37,105 bases of DNA, taken from positions 1 through 37,105 of the forward strand of contig CAINVI010000005.1 in NCBI GenBank assembly GCA_903854075.1. The letters run 5' to 3'. Below the pieces are notes generated by a model. It ran no database searches, had not been told where the DNA came from, and saw only the letters and a list, made by a program, of their open reading frames with translations. The translations under genes and the position numbers were made by a program. Source of the stretch: Candidatus Pollutiaquabacter sp. (lineage in GTDB: Bacteria; Bacteroidota; Bacteroidia; AKYH767-A; 2013-40CM-41-45). This document shows positions 25,922-34,798 of this stretch, piece by piece. The stretch's first letter is position 1. Each line of letters opens with the position of its first letter.

Positions 25922-26464
25922 CTACTGACCAAATCCAATACATTTTCTGTTTTCTTGTAGTGCTTCCGCCGCTTTTTGGTCAATCAGGAAGTCCAATGCC
26001 TGTTCGATGGTTTCAAAGCGTTGATCATATTTTAATTCCAACGCTACAATTCTACTTTGAAGATCATAGTGTTCAATCGCCAGATGTCGTAAATGGATAA
26101 ATGCCCGCATTATGGCGATATTCATCGCTATAGCAATTTCACTGTTAAGTATTCCTGAAAGCATGGCTACACCATGTTCGGTGAATGCGAGCGGTAGATA
26201 TTTGCGATGTTTTCCACGCCCACTTTTTAAGGTCACAATTTGTGACCTTAAAAAGTTCCATTCATTTTCATTCAACTGAAACATGAAATCGTTTGGGAAA
26301 CGTGTTTTGTTTCCCCTTACCGCTTGATTGAAGACTTTAGTTAGAAGGCCGACTTGCCAACTGCCGACCTGCGCTGAGCTTGCTTGCACTGAGCTTGCCG
26401 AAGTGCCGACGCCCAACTTCTCCCGAAAAGTTTGCAGAATTGGATTTATTTCGTACATTTGCAT
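25922..26464 (-). CDS. ORF6N domain protein (KilA-N-related DNA-binding family), N-terminus replaced by repeat-derived sequence
   Basis: The core LLTKVFNQAVRGNKTRFPNDFMFQLNENEWNFLRSQIVT...KYLPLAFTEHGVAMLSGILNS matches the ORF6N pattern common in Bacteroidota. Residues about 20-40 (GTSASSVQASSAQVGSWQ) are encoded by the inverted repeat. It may be a truncated or remodelled gene. Confidence 0.65.
   Translation of the reverse strand: MQMYEINPILQTFREKLGVGTSASSVQASSAQVGSWQVGLLTKVFNQAVRGNKTRFPNDFMFQLNENEWNFLRSQIVTLKSGRGKHRKYLPLAFTEHGVAMLSGILNSEIAIAMNIAIMRAFIHLRHLAIEHYDLQSRIVALELKYDQRFETIEQALDFLIDQKAAEALQENRKCIGFGQ
26361..26408. repeat. Right copy of the 48-nt inverted repeat (inside the ORF6N reading frame)
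   Basis: Its reverse complement reads CGGCACTTCGGCAAGCTCAGTGCAAGCAAGCTCAGCGCAGGTCGGCAG, which matches 25797-25844 at 42 of 48 positions. Confidence 0.75.
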
Positions 26465-26509
26465 CCCTCATATCGTTAGATATAATATAACTAATTAATA
26501 ATCAATAAG

Positions 26510-26821
26510 ATGTACGCGATCGTAACTATCGCCGGACAGCAGTTCAAAGTCCAGAAAGACATGCGCGTGACGGTTCACCGTTTGGAAGGTGAAACCGGCA
26601 AAGCCGTAGAATTCAAAGATGTGCTGTTGGTAGACGACAATGGAAAAGTAAAAGTGGGTGCTCCTACCTTGAGCGGCGCTGCCGTTACCGGTAAGATCCT
26701 GTCCCACGTTCGTGGTGATAAGGTTATTATCTTCAAGAAAAAACGCCGTAAAGGTTATCAGAAGCAGAACGGTCACCGTCAGGACCTGACCATCGTGCAA
26801 ATCGATTCCATCAAGGCTTAA
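26510..26821 (+). CDS. rplU: 50S ribosomal protein L21
   Basis: MYAIVTIAGQQFKVQKD...KKKRRKGYQKQNGHRQ is the canonical L21 sequence pattern, and rpmA follows. Confidence 0.95.
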   Translation: MYAIVTIAGQQFKVQKDMRVTVHRLEGETGKAVEFKDVLLVDDNGKVKVGAPTLSGAAVTGKILSHVRGDKVIIFKKKRRKGYQKQNGHRQDLTIVQIDSIKA

Positions 26822-26854
26822 TTAAATCATTAATACCCTAAACTCCTTCATACA

Positions 26855-27127
26855 ATGGCACATAAAAAAGGCGTCGGTAGTTCCAAGAACGGTCGTGAAT
26901 CCCACAGTAAACGTCTTGGTATTAAAGTATACGGTGGTCAAAGCGTGATTGCCGGTAATATCATCGTGCGTCAGCGCGGTACCCGTCACAATCCCGGTGA
27001 CAACGTAGGTATTGGTAAAGACCACACCTTATTTGCATTGGTTCCTGGAACTGTTGTTTTCAAAAAGAAAGCGAACCAGAAGAGCTACGTTTCTGTAATG
27101 CCACTGAGCGCAGAAGCACAAGCTTGA
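26855..27127 (+). CDS. rpmA: 50S ribosomal protein L27
   Basis: [29 protein letters not shown]...IIVRQRGT is the canonical L27 N-terminus. Confidence 0.95.
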   Translation: MAHKKGVGSSKNGRESHSKRLGIKVYGGQSVIAGNIIVRQRGTRHNPGDNVGIGKDHTLFALVPGTVVFKKKANQKSYVSVMPLSAEAQA

Positions 27128-27150
27128 TCACACAATTCCTATACTGCAAG

Positions 27151-27182
27151 ACGCCGGCCCACCAGCCGGCGTTTTTGTTTTT
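27151..27182 (+). terminator. Intrinsic terminator after rplU-rpmA
   Basis: An 8-bp GC-rich stem ACGCCGGC-CCACCA-GCCGGCGT followed by TTTTGTTTTTT. Confidence 0.8.
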
Positions 27183-27273
27183 TCTACTTTTTCCTTCTTG
27201 TCAGATTTTCGTGAAAATTGATCATACGGTCGGTCAATACTGAACTATCTTCAGGGATATACTTCTCACCGTC

Positions 27274-28104
27274 ATGCTTCGATCACTCCTCGTCCTACTC
27301 ACCTGGCTTCCGCTCGCCGCCCTTGCGCAAAATCCTATACCTAACGCCGGCTTCGAAAGCTGGAACGGCGATGTGCCCGTTTCCTGGACAGTCAATAATT
27401 CTTCATCGGCCACCACTGTCACCCGCGTCAACGATCCTTTTGAAGGAAACTTTGCACTGCGCGGTACTGTGGTCAGCGGACTTAATAACGTAGCCACTGC
27501 GCCGCTCGTTCAGTCGATGTCTGGTAACTACGGTTTTCCGGTCGACGCTTCTTTCACCGAGCTGTCGTTCCGCTTTAAATCCTTCCTCTATGCCGGCGAT
27601 CGCTTCAACGTAAATGTCTTTATCTACAACGCTTCCTTTGCTGTTGTCGGTGGCGGATCAACCAGCATTACCAGCACCGAGAGCAGCTACTTGCCGGTGG
27701 CCGTACCGGTGACACACTTCGCGCCGGGCGCTGCGCTCGCCATGCTGTCGTTCACTATTGCCGACGGCACCGGCGCTACCAATGGTCATGTGATGTCGTG
27801 GTTTCAGATCGATGCCTTGTCCGGACCTAATGTTTCTACGGCCACGGCTTCGGTGGATCCGCAACTGGCATTTACGGTAGCTCCGCTGCCTACTGCCTTA
27901 CAGGTATCGGCCCCCGAAACAGGTGATTATCTGCTGGAAGGATTTTCTGTCGACGGTCGACGATTGTTTTTGGTGCAACAAACGTTGTTGACCGGAACAG
28001 AACAGGTTATCGATGTGCCCGAACTGGTCGGCTACCGCGGGTTGCTCGTGTTGCGTGTCAATAAGGACGGACGCTTCGTGCGTAGCGATAAATTATTTCT
28101 CTGA
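27274..28104 (+). CDS. Hypothetical secreted protein, probably T9SS cargo
   Basis: Signal peptide MLRSLLVLLTWLPLAALAQ. The N-terminus NPIPNAGFESWNGDVPVSW suggests a beta-sandwich domain. The last ~75 aa (VAPLPTALQVSA...YLLEGFSVDGRRLF...GLLVLRVNKDGRFVRSDKLFL) have the layout of a T9SS sorting domain. The family call is tentative. Confidence 0.5.
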   Translation: MLRSLLVLLTWLPLAALAQNPIPNAGFESWNGDVPVSWTVNNSSSATTVTRVNDPFEGNFALRGTVVSGLNNVATAPLVQSMSGNYGFPVDASFTELSFRFKSFLYAGDRFNVNVFIYNASFAVVGGGSTSITSTESSYLPVAVPVTHFAPGAALAMLSFTIADGTGATNGHVMSWFQIDALSGPNVSTATASVDPQLAFTVAPLPTALQVSAPETGDYLLEGFSVDGRRLFLVQQTLLTGTEQVIDVPELVGYRGLLVLRVNKDGRFVRSDKLFL

Positions 28105-28120
28105 TAGCAGAAGGACTTCC

Positions 28121-28774
28121 TTATGAAATGGCTGTATTCAGGAAGGCGTTGAACGGCTGCAGTGTTTCAGCACTCTTAATCAGCTGCTTCGGAAAACCGA
28201 TAGCAGTCACTTCTTCGTCTGTGAACGAATGCCAGCAAATGAAACTGGTATGTTTCAGGAGATCAATGTCGGGATGATCCATGCTGTAATCTCTCGGCGT
28301 AGTCTTTAACCGGTGCTCTGCATCTAATCCGCCAAAGAGGTCTTTAAATTTCTTATTCGACAATATTTTTTTCAGCTCCTCACCGTTGTAGTCAATCTCC
28401 TGCCGGATCTTTCGCAACTCTTCCGCAGCCGGCATCCACATGCCACCGGCGATGAAAGAGCCTCCCGGTTCGAAGTGCAGGTAATACCCCGCCTGAATGG
28501 ATTTCTTACCACCCGGACTGATATATGCACCAAGATTGGTCTTGTAAGGGCTCTTGTTTTTACTGAAACGAACGTCCCGATAAATCCGGAACACGCAATC
28601 TTTAGCGGTAAGGGTAGCAATGGCAGGCTCTTTTTTAGAAAAGCCGGCTATGAAGTGAGTAACCGTCTCCGCTACTTCCGACTTGGCAATTTCGAAAGCC
28701 TCCCGGTTCGCTTCGAACCAGTCACGGTTGTTGTTTTTTTTCAGTTTGGCCAGGAATTTCAGCGTGTTCTTCAT
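28121..28774 (-). CDS. DUF2461 (TIGR02453) family protein
   Basis: MKNTLKFLAKLKKNNNRDWFEANREAFE...IYRDVRFSKNKSPYKTNLGAYI matches the family pattern as I recall it. The start is set at ATG 28774 because the 28801 TTG call lies inside a promoter box. Confidence 0.85.
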   Translation of the reverse strand: MKNTLKFLAKLKKNNNRDWFEANREAFEIAKSEVAETVTHFIAGFSKKEPAIATLTAKDCVFRIYRDVRFSKNKSPYKTNLGAYISPGGKKSIQAGYYLHFEPGGSFIAGGMWMPAAEELRKIRQEIDYNGEELKKILSNKKFKDLFGGLDAEHRLKTTPRDYSMDHPDIDLLKHTSFICWHSFTDEEVTAIGFPKQLIKSAETLQPFNAFLNTAIS

Positions 28775-28798
28775 GGATGGAAAACAAGTGGAAGGCCT

Positions 28799-28806
28799 CA
28801 AAGTTA
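28799..28806 (-). promoter_or_regulatory. Bacteroidota-type -7 promoter box TAACTTTG (minus strand) for the DUF2461 gene
   Basis: The reverse complement of CAAAGTTA is an exact TAnnTTTG match 25 nt upstream of ATG 28774. Confidence 0.4.
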
Positions 28807-28915
28807 TAGGGTGCCGTCAACTATGGATACAGGTAAATAACATTGTTTTCAGCGCTTTTACCGTCGTCCTGTTTTCGGTCCGATATTTGTAAATTGCTTC
28901 CATAAACCCCGTGTT

Positions 28916-31279
28916 ATGAAACGTATCGGACTACTTTTGATCCTGCTATTTCTGCTTAAAAATGCAGCTTTTTCGCAGACACAGTCGCTTTTTCAACGAA
29001 ATGAGCGCCGCACGTTTACCGTTCGCCTTGGCGGCGATAAAGCAGGACAAACAGATCAGTCGCGGGTAGTGCGAATGCTGGCCGATGCCGATGGACGTGC
29101 CGCGTCTACCTTTCAGTACGATATCGAGTGGAATCAATCACTGCGTGTGTTGCGGGAAAGTCCGAGAATGATCATTCTGCAAGTCGATCATACCGATATC
29201 AAAGTCACACAACAGGTCCGTGTTCGAGGATTTGATGTTAATCGTTTTCTGAATCCTTCGTATGTCGAATTCTCATATGCCTTCCGTCCTTCGCCATCGA
29301 TCGCTCCATTCAATTACGAAAATATTTCAAAACGGATTACTAATGGTCGCGCTGAGCGCGCCGAGAATCGTCTTACGGACTCTACCACCACTACTACTGC
29401 TACATTGGCGGTGACTAGTTTGTGGATGGTATACAACGAAGCGACTATCCGTAAACTCGATGAACGTATCCGCCTGATCAAAGAGTATTACGGCTCTGAA
29501 ATACTGCTCAATCAGGCCTACGATCGACTGATGCGTATCAATCCGCAGGATGTACTGATGTTGGATATGCAAAATGCTGAACTGTTACAGATTGAAAAAG
29601 TAATCACCGATACCAAGGCGCGTAATTTCGAATCGGAGCTGGAATTAATGACGTACGATCCGATTGATATGCGTAACAAGTTGAATCGCCTGGAAGAAGA
29701 AGCCGCTGCCCGTCGTGTGGCCATGAATCAGACCAAAGCCAACTTGTTTTTATTTTTTTATAACTCCGGCCTCGACCTCAAAGCACGTGGTCGTTATCAG
29801 CAAGCTTATGATTCCTTCCTGCGTTCCATTCATGAAAACCCACTCTTTGCTCCGGCCTTGTATCAACTGGCATTAATGGATTTTGAAGAAGGCCGTTATG
29901 TGGAATCCGAATGCCGCACCCGTACCATTCTCGAAGACATGGTGCCCGATCCGGATATTGAAAGGATGGCACGCAATCACATGATTCGTTTGAACGATAC
30001 GTACACCGAGCTGGGCGAGGAGCGGTTGGAGCAAGGTAATATTGATGAAGCGCTCGATTTATTTAAGCGAGCAGCTAATCTGTGCCGCACCACACGCAAT
30101 ATTCCCTGTAATGAACGCTTGGAAAATGATTTGTTTCGCGCACATCAGGCAAAATACAAGCAGTTGCTTGATCAGGCGCGAGCTGCCTACAACGCGAATG
30201 ATCTTGATCTCACAGAGCGCCGTATCGAACAAGCCGTATATTATCAGCAAATCAATTACCGCTACCTGACTTCCGCCGCCGAAGCCAACGATATGCGCAG
30301 AGCGGTCAAGCAGAAACGCTATGACTTATTGCTTGTTGATGCGCAGCAGCTGGTATCGCAAGGCAATAACAATGCTGCCATCAACAAATTGATGCAGGCG
30401 CGCGAACTGGAGGTGAAAGAAGGTGTTACGCGCAGCAATTCGTACGCGCAGTTGGTTCGTACTGCCGGTAAGCCGTTATTCATGGCGAAAGTAGAAACGG
30501 CTCGTCAATCGGCACGTGATAACCGTTTATCCCAAGCACGTAATCAGGTGCAGGAATTGTACACACTTTCTGATAAGTACATGTTGCAGGAAGATCAGGA
30601 CGCTGCTGCTGCCTTGAACGAAGTGAAAAACATGATCTTCTCCCAAGAGTGCGCCAATGCCCAGCAGCAACTGGATGGACTGGCTGCTAAAGCCGGCGAA
30701 GCCTACGACCGGAAGGAATACATACAGGCCGATAACCTGATCCGTCAGGCACTCAAAGTGTCCGACGATAATGCGGATTGCCGGTTGAACGAAGGAAATT
30801 TGCGCAGCTCACTCGACTCGCTGCGTCCGGCGGTCACCTACCAAAAGATGATAGCAGAGGCGGTGCAACTTCAGTCCAACGGCCGCCATGCCGAAGCCCA
30901 CGCTGCCTATACCAGAGCCGGAGATTTTTACGTAGAACAACAAGTTGTGCGTTTCTCGCTTCGACACGTGGAAGTGGATGAATTTGCCTACGCGCAGTGC
31001 AACGATGAGTTTATCGTCTATCTTTCTGTTACCTACATTGACAAGAAAGACTACGACCATTCCTTGTCGATGTTCAAGAAGATGCTGACCCGTAACGGTG
31101 GGTCGGTATCTTCGTCCATGAATAAAGCACTCGTCCGACTGGGAGCGGAATTGGCTGTGCGCGATAAGTCTTCGGGAGCGGCTTCGAGCTGGAAAACGGG
31201 TGTACTTCGCTATACCAACGGTGATAAGCGGTTGAAATCCCTCGAAAAAGGATACCGTCAGGGGTGGAAGAAAGGTTGA
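28916..31279 (+). CDS. Large secreted hypothetical protein with a TPR-like helical repeat region
   Basis: Signal peptide MKRIGLLLILLFLLKNAAFSQ. An N-terminal region of about 170 aa has no motif I recognise. The rest is long and alpha-helical with TPR-like segments (RGRYQQAYDSFLRSIHENPLFAPALYQLALMDFEEGRY, EQGNIDEALDLFKRA). Confidence 0.55.
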   Translation: MKRIGLLLILLFLLKNAAFSQTQSLFQRNERRTFTVRLGGDKAGQTDQSRVVRMLADADGRAASTFQYDIEWNQSLRVLRESPRMIILQVDHTDIKVTQQVRVRGFDVNRFLNPSYVEFSYAFRPSPSIAPFNYENISKRITNGRAERAENRLTDSTTTTTATLAVTSLWMVYNEATIRKLDERIRLIKEYYGSEILLNQAYDRLMRINPQDVLMLDMQNAELLQIEKVITDTKARNFESELELMTYDPIDMRNKLNRLEEEAAARRVAMNQTKANLFLFFYNSGLDLKARGRYQQAYDSFLRSIHENPLFAPALYQLALMDFEEGRYVESECRTRTILEDMVPDPDIERMARNHMIRLNDTYTELGEERLEQGNIDEALDLFKRAANLCRTTRNIPCNERLENDLFRAHQAKYKQLLDQARAAYNANDLDLTERRIEQAVYYQQINYRYLTSAAEANDMRRAVKQKRYDLLLVDAQQLVSQGNNNAAINKLMQARELEVKEGVTRSNSYAQLVRTAGKPLFMAKVETARQSARDNRLSQARNQVQELYTLSDKYMLQEDQDAAAALNEVKNMIFSQECANAQQQLDGLAAKAGEAYDRKEYIQADNLIRQALKVSDDNADCRLNEGNLRSSLDSLRPAVTYQKMIAEAVQLQSNGRHAEAHAAYTRAGDFYVEQQVVRFSLRHVEVDEFAYAQCNDEFIVYLSVTYIDKKDYDHSLSMFKKMLTRNGGSVSSSMNKALVRLGAELAVRDKSSGAASSWKTGVLRYTNGDKRLKSLEKGYRQGWKKG

Positions 31280-31310
31280 AGATTCACCGCTTTTCTGCCT
31301 TCAAAATCAT

Positions 31311-31318
31311 TATTTTTG
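31311..31318 (+). promoter_or_regulatory. Bacteroidota-type -7 promoter box TATTTTTG upstream of serS
   Basis: Exact TAnnTTTG match 20 nt upstream of ATG 31339. Confidence 0.35.
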
Positions 31319-31338
31319 GGGAATAATATTCTGCTGAT

Positions 31339-32610
31339 ATGCTTCAACTTGCCACCTTGCGGGAACGCACGGATTTTGTGCTCCAACGTCTTGCTGTAAA
31401 AAACATCGACGCCAAACCAGTTGTGGACCGTGTACTTTCCATTGACGAAGATCGTCGTAAGGTGCAGATGGAATTGGATCAGTTGCTGAACCAGCAAAAC
31501 ACCATTGCCAAGCAAGTCGGAGAATTATATAAATCCGGCAAGAAGGCGGAAGGCGATGAGCTGAAAAATAAAAGTACCGCACTCAAGCAAACGGTAGCCG
31601 AATTGTCGGATCGCCTCACCTCATTAGAAGAGGAGCTGAATCAGGAGCTCGTTAAACTCCCGAATATGCCTTCGGAACGTGTTCCAAAAGGGAAGACACC
31701 GGAGGACAATGAAGTCGTTCACCAGGAAGGTGCACTTCCTTCACTTGATGCGTCAGCCAAACCACATTGGGAAATTGCGGCGCAATATGACATCATCGAT
31801 TTTGAGCTCGGTGTGAAGTTGACCGGCGCAGGATTTCCGGTTTACAAAGGAAAAGGCGCAAAATTGCAGCGCGCACTGATCAATTACTTTCTCGATAAAG
31901 CCGGCGAAGCGGGCTACCGTGAAATACAGCCGCCGATTTTAGTGAATAAGGATTCCGGCTACGGGACCGGACAGTTGCCTGATAAGGATGCACAGATGTA
32001 TCACGTACAGCTGGATGAATTTTATTTGATTCCTACAGCGGAGGTGCCGGTGACCAATATTTTCCGTGATGTGATTGTTAAAGCGGAGGAGCTGCCGGTG
32101 AAGTTGTGTGCCTACACACCTTGTTTTCGTCGTGAGGCAGGCAGTTACGGAAAAGATGTGCGCGGCCTGAATCGTTTACACCAGTTTGACAAGGTGGAAA
32201 TTGTACAGGTGCAGCATCCGGACAAGTCCTATGATACGCTGGACGAAATGGTGGAACATGTAGCTGGTTTATTACGGGCATTGCAACTGCCGTTTCGTAT
32301 TCTTCGACTCTGCGGAGGTGACATGAGTTTTTCTTCGGCCCTTACGTACGATTTCGAAGTATATTCTGCAGCGCAAAAGAAATGGCTGGAAGTGAGTTCA
32401 GTTTCCAACTTCGAAACCTTCCAGGCCAACCGTATGAAACTCCGTTACCGTGCCGGAACGGATAAACCGGTACTGGCGCATACGCTTAACGGAAGTGCTT
32501 TGGCATTGCCGAGAATTGTAGCTGCGCTGCTGGAAAATAATCAGACCCCGGAAGGCGTTGTTCTTCCCGACGCGATACGTGCTTACACCGGTTTCGACCG
32601 CATCGATTGA
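31339..32610 (+). CDS. serS: Serine--tRNA ligase
   Basis: N-terminal coiled-coil arm (MLQLATLRERTDFV...) and class II core motifs (LIPTAEVPVTN, FRREAGSYGKDVRGLNRLHQFDKVE, LNGSALALPRIVAALLENNQ). Confidence 0.95.
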   Translation: MLQLATLRERTDFVLQRLAVKNIDAKPVVDRVLSIDEDRRKVQMELDQLLNQQNTIAKQVGELYKSGKKAEGDELKNKSTALKQTVAELSDRLTSLEEELNQELVKLPNMPSERVPKGKTPEDNEVVHQEGALPSLDASAKPHWEIAAQYDIIDFELGVKLTGAGFPVYKGKGAKLQRALINYFLDKAGEAGYREIQPPILVNKDSGYGTGQLPDKDAQMYHVQLDEFYLIPTAEVPVTNIFRDVIVKAEELPVKLCAYTPCFRREAGSYGKDVRGLNRLHQFDKVEIVQVQHPDKSYDTLDEMVEHVAGLLRALQLPFRILRLCGGDMSFSSALTYDFEVYSAAQKKWLEVSSVSNFETFQANRMKLRYRAGTDKPVLAHTLNGSALALPRIVAALLENNQTPEGVVLPDAIRAYTGFDRID

Positions 32611-32620
32611 TACTTGACTT

Positions 32621-34471
32621 TTGAATAAGCTGATTTCGTTTCGCTCTACCTTCCGCAAACTGCGGCGCTGCTTATGGCTCTTGGCTGTACTGCAATCGCT
32701 ATCGCTGTTTGCGCAAACGGGTAATGAACGGGTTCTCGGCGATCAGTATTTTAACAGCGGAGAATACGAGAAGGCGATAGAGGTGTATGACAAGGTCATG
32801 GACCGCGATCCGTTCAGCGTTTACAATAATTACTTCAAGAGTTTACTCGCGCTAAAACGCTACGACGATGCGGAAAAGCTCGCACGGAAAATGAGTAAGC
32901 GGATGCCGACGCACCTTTCGTATGTGGCGGATATGGGTTACGTGTACCAGCTTTCAGGTGATCTTTCCAAAGCAGAAGAGACCTATCAGAAAGCGTTGAA
33001 AGCGCTCCAGCCGGACCAGGGACAAGTGTTGATTTTGGCGAATGCTTATGTCATGCGACAGGATTGGACACACGCCATTGACGTCTACGAATCGGGAAAA
33101 AAGATGCTGAAAGGTGTTTACAGCTTCAACTTTGAATTGGCGGAAGTCTATTATCAAAAAGGAGATTCGCAGAAGATGATTGACGAGTATCTCAACGCAG
33201 TCGCGGAGAATCCGATGAACCAGCAAAATGTGCTAAATATCCTTCAGGCGCGTGTAGGATATGATCCTGAGAGCGGCCGCAGTGAGTTGTTGCGACAGTC
33301 GTTACTGCGCCGTATTCAACGCGAGCCTGCACAAACGGTCTTTTCTGAGATGCTGATCTGGTTGTTTGTTCAACAGAAAGATTTTGAATCGGCTACTGCG
33401 CAAGCGAAGGCGCTGGATAAGCGCTTGAAGGAAGACGGAGTGCGTTTGATGAGCATTGCATCCATGGCCGCTGCCAATCAGCAGTATGATGTTGCTATTC
33501 GTGACTATCAATATGTCATTGAAAAAGGCGTTGATGGTCCCAATTATGTGCAAGCAAGAATGGAGTTACTGGATGTTTCGAACAAGAAACTGACGGCTTC
33601 CAATACGTATACTAAAGAGGATTTACTACTCCTCGAGAAAGAATATGTCACTACGTTGACGGAATTAGGTAAAAATGCGCGGACGGTTTCCCTAATGCGC
33701 GGACTCGCGCACCTTCGTGCTTTTTATTTGGATCAGACGGATACGGCTATCAGCAACCTTGATGAGGCGTTGCTTGTTCCGAATGTCAGTCGTCAGTTAC
33801 AGGCAGACTGTAAACTAGAGTTGGGTGACATACTGCTGTTTACGGGAAATGTCTGGGATTCTGATTTGCTCTATGCACAAGTGGATAAGGATTTTAAAAA
33901 TGACCCGTTGGGACAAGAGGCGAAATTCCGCAGTGCTAGGTTGGATTATTTTCGTGGAGATTTCCTTTGGGCCCAGGCACAGCTGGACGTCCTGAAGTCA
34001 GCCACCAGTCAGTTGATCGCCAACGATGCGTTGTATCTTTCCCTGCTGATATCGGATAATATCGGTTATGACAGTACGTTTGATGCACTGAATCTGTATG
34101 CTAAAGCCGACCTGTTGAAGTATCGCAATAAAAACAAGGAGGCGCTTGTCGTATTGGATTCATTATTGCTGCTATATCCCGACCATTCCCTGATTGACGA
34201 GACCTGGTTCAAAAAGGCGGAAATCATGGATGTGCTGCGTAATTGGTCCGACGAAGATAGTTTGTATGCTCAGGTTGTAGCCATGGGTGAGGAGAGCGTC
34301 CTGGCGGACGATGCCTTGTTTCGTCGTGCCGAACTACAGGAAACCAAGTTGATGAATAAAGAGAAGGCAATGGAATTGTATCAACAATTGCTGACGCAAT
34401 TTCCCGGAAGTCTTTATACCGTTGAAGCGCGTAAGCGCTTTCGTGCATTGCGTGGCGATATTTTAAACTAA
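32621..34471 (+). CDS. Tetratricopeptide repeat protein (secreted or periplasmic)
   Basis: Signal-like N-terminus (LWLLAVLQSLSLFAQ). It carries multiple TPR-like units (GDQYFNSGEYEKAIEVYDKVMDRDP, GDLSKAEETYQKALKALQPD, KEKAMELYQQLLTQFPGSLYTVEARKR). TTG start at 32621. Confidence 0.7.
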   Translation: MNKLISFRSTFRKLRRCLWLLAVLQSLSLFAQTGNERVLGDQYFNSGEYEKAIEVYDKVMDRDPFSVYNNYFKSLLALKRYDDAEKLARKMSKRMPTHLSYVADMGYVYQLSGDLSKAEETYQKALKALQPDQGQVLILANAYVMRQDWTHAIDVYESGKKMLKGVYSFNFELAEVYYQKGDSQKMIDEYLNAVAENPMNQQNVLNILQARVGYDPESGRSELLRQSLLRRIQREPAQTVFSEMLIWLFVQQKDFESATAQAKALDKRLKEDGVRLMSIASMAAANQQYDVAIRDYQYVIEKGVDGPNYVQARMELLDVSNKKLTASNTYTKEDLLLLEKEYVTTLTELGKNARTVSLMRGLAHLRAFYLDQTDTAISNLDEALLVPNVSRQLQADCKLELGDILLFTGNVWDSDLLYAQVDKDFKNDPLGQEAKFRSARLDYFRGDFLWAQAQLDVLKSATSQLIANDALYLSLLISDNIGYDSTFDALNLYAKADLLKYRNKNKEALVVLDSLLLLYPDHSLIDETWFKKAEIMDVLRNWSDEDSLYAQVVAMGEESVLADDALFRRAELQETKLMNKEKAMELYQQLLTQFPGSLYTVEARKRFRALRGDILN

Positions 34472-34478
34472 ATTCCCG

Positions 34479-34781
34479 ATGATTGTCTATAATGTCACTG
34501 TAAATATTGATGAGTCGGTGCACGATGAGTGGCTGGACTGGATGAAGCAAGTGCACATTCCGAATGTGTTGCGCACCGGTATGTTTACTGATAATCGTTT
34601 TTTGAAAGTACTGGTAGAAGAAGAAATGGGTGGAATCACGTATGCTATTCAGTACACATGTGACAGTCTGGAAAAATTTCGTCAGTACGAGGAGCAGTTT
34701 GCTGCTGCGCTTCGTGCAGAAGTGGACGAAAAGTACAACGGTAAGTTTGTGGCCTTTCGCACGTTACTACAATACGTCTGA
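34479..34781 (+). CDS. DUF4286 family protein
   Basis: 100 aa. MIVYNVTVNIDESVHDEWLDWMKQVHIPNVL matches the conserved Bacteroidota DUF4286 N-terminus as I recall it. Confidence 0.7.
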   Translation: MIVYNVTVNIDESVHDEWLDWMKQVHIPNVLRTGMFTDNRFLKVLVEEEMGGITYAIQYTCDSLEKFRQYEEQFAAALRAEVDEKYNGKFVAFRTLLQYV

Positions 34782-34798
34782 TTTATCGGTCTTTCAAT

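Noticed and set aside
25744-26100. 118-aa plus-strand ORF (MGIGAKLGN...SSAQASSAQFSS...HPERSRRV...)
   Set aside because: It is a read-through of the inverted repeat and palindrome followed by the antisense strand of the ORF6N gene. The low-complexity sequence is repeat-derived.
25797-26408. An invertible promoter or shufflon bounded by the 48-nt inverted repeats
   Set aside because: There is no site-specific recombinase anywhere in the window, the repeats are imperfect (42/48), and I found no outward-facing promoter box. I keep it only as a testable alternative under the ORF6N finding.
27218-27497. Overlapping ORFs of 91 aa (plus strand) and 87 aa (minus strand) at the start of the 27274 gene
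   Set aside because: Both overlap the signal-peptide-bearing 276-aa gene in other frames, and neither has a credible start context or motif.
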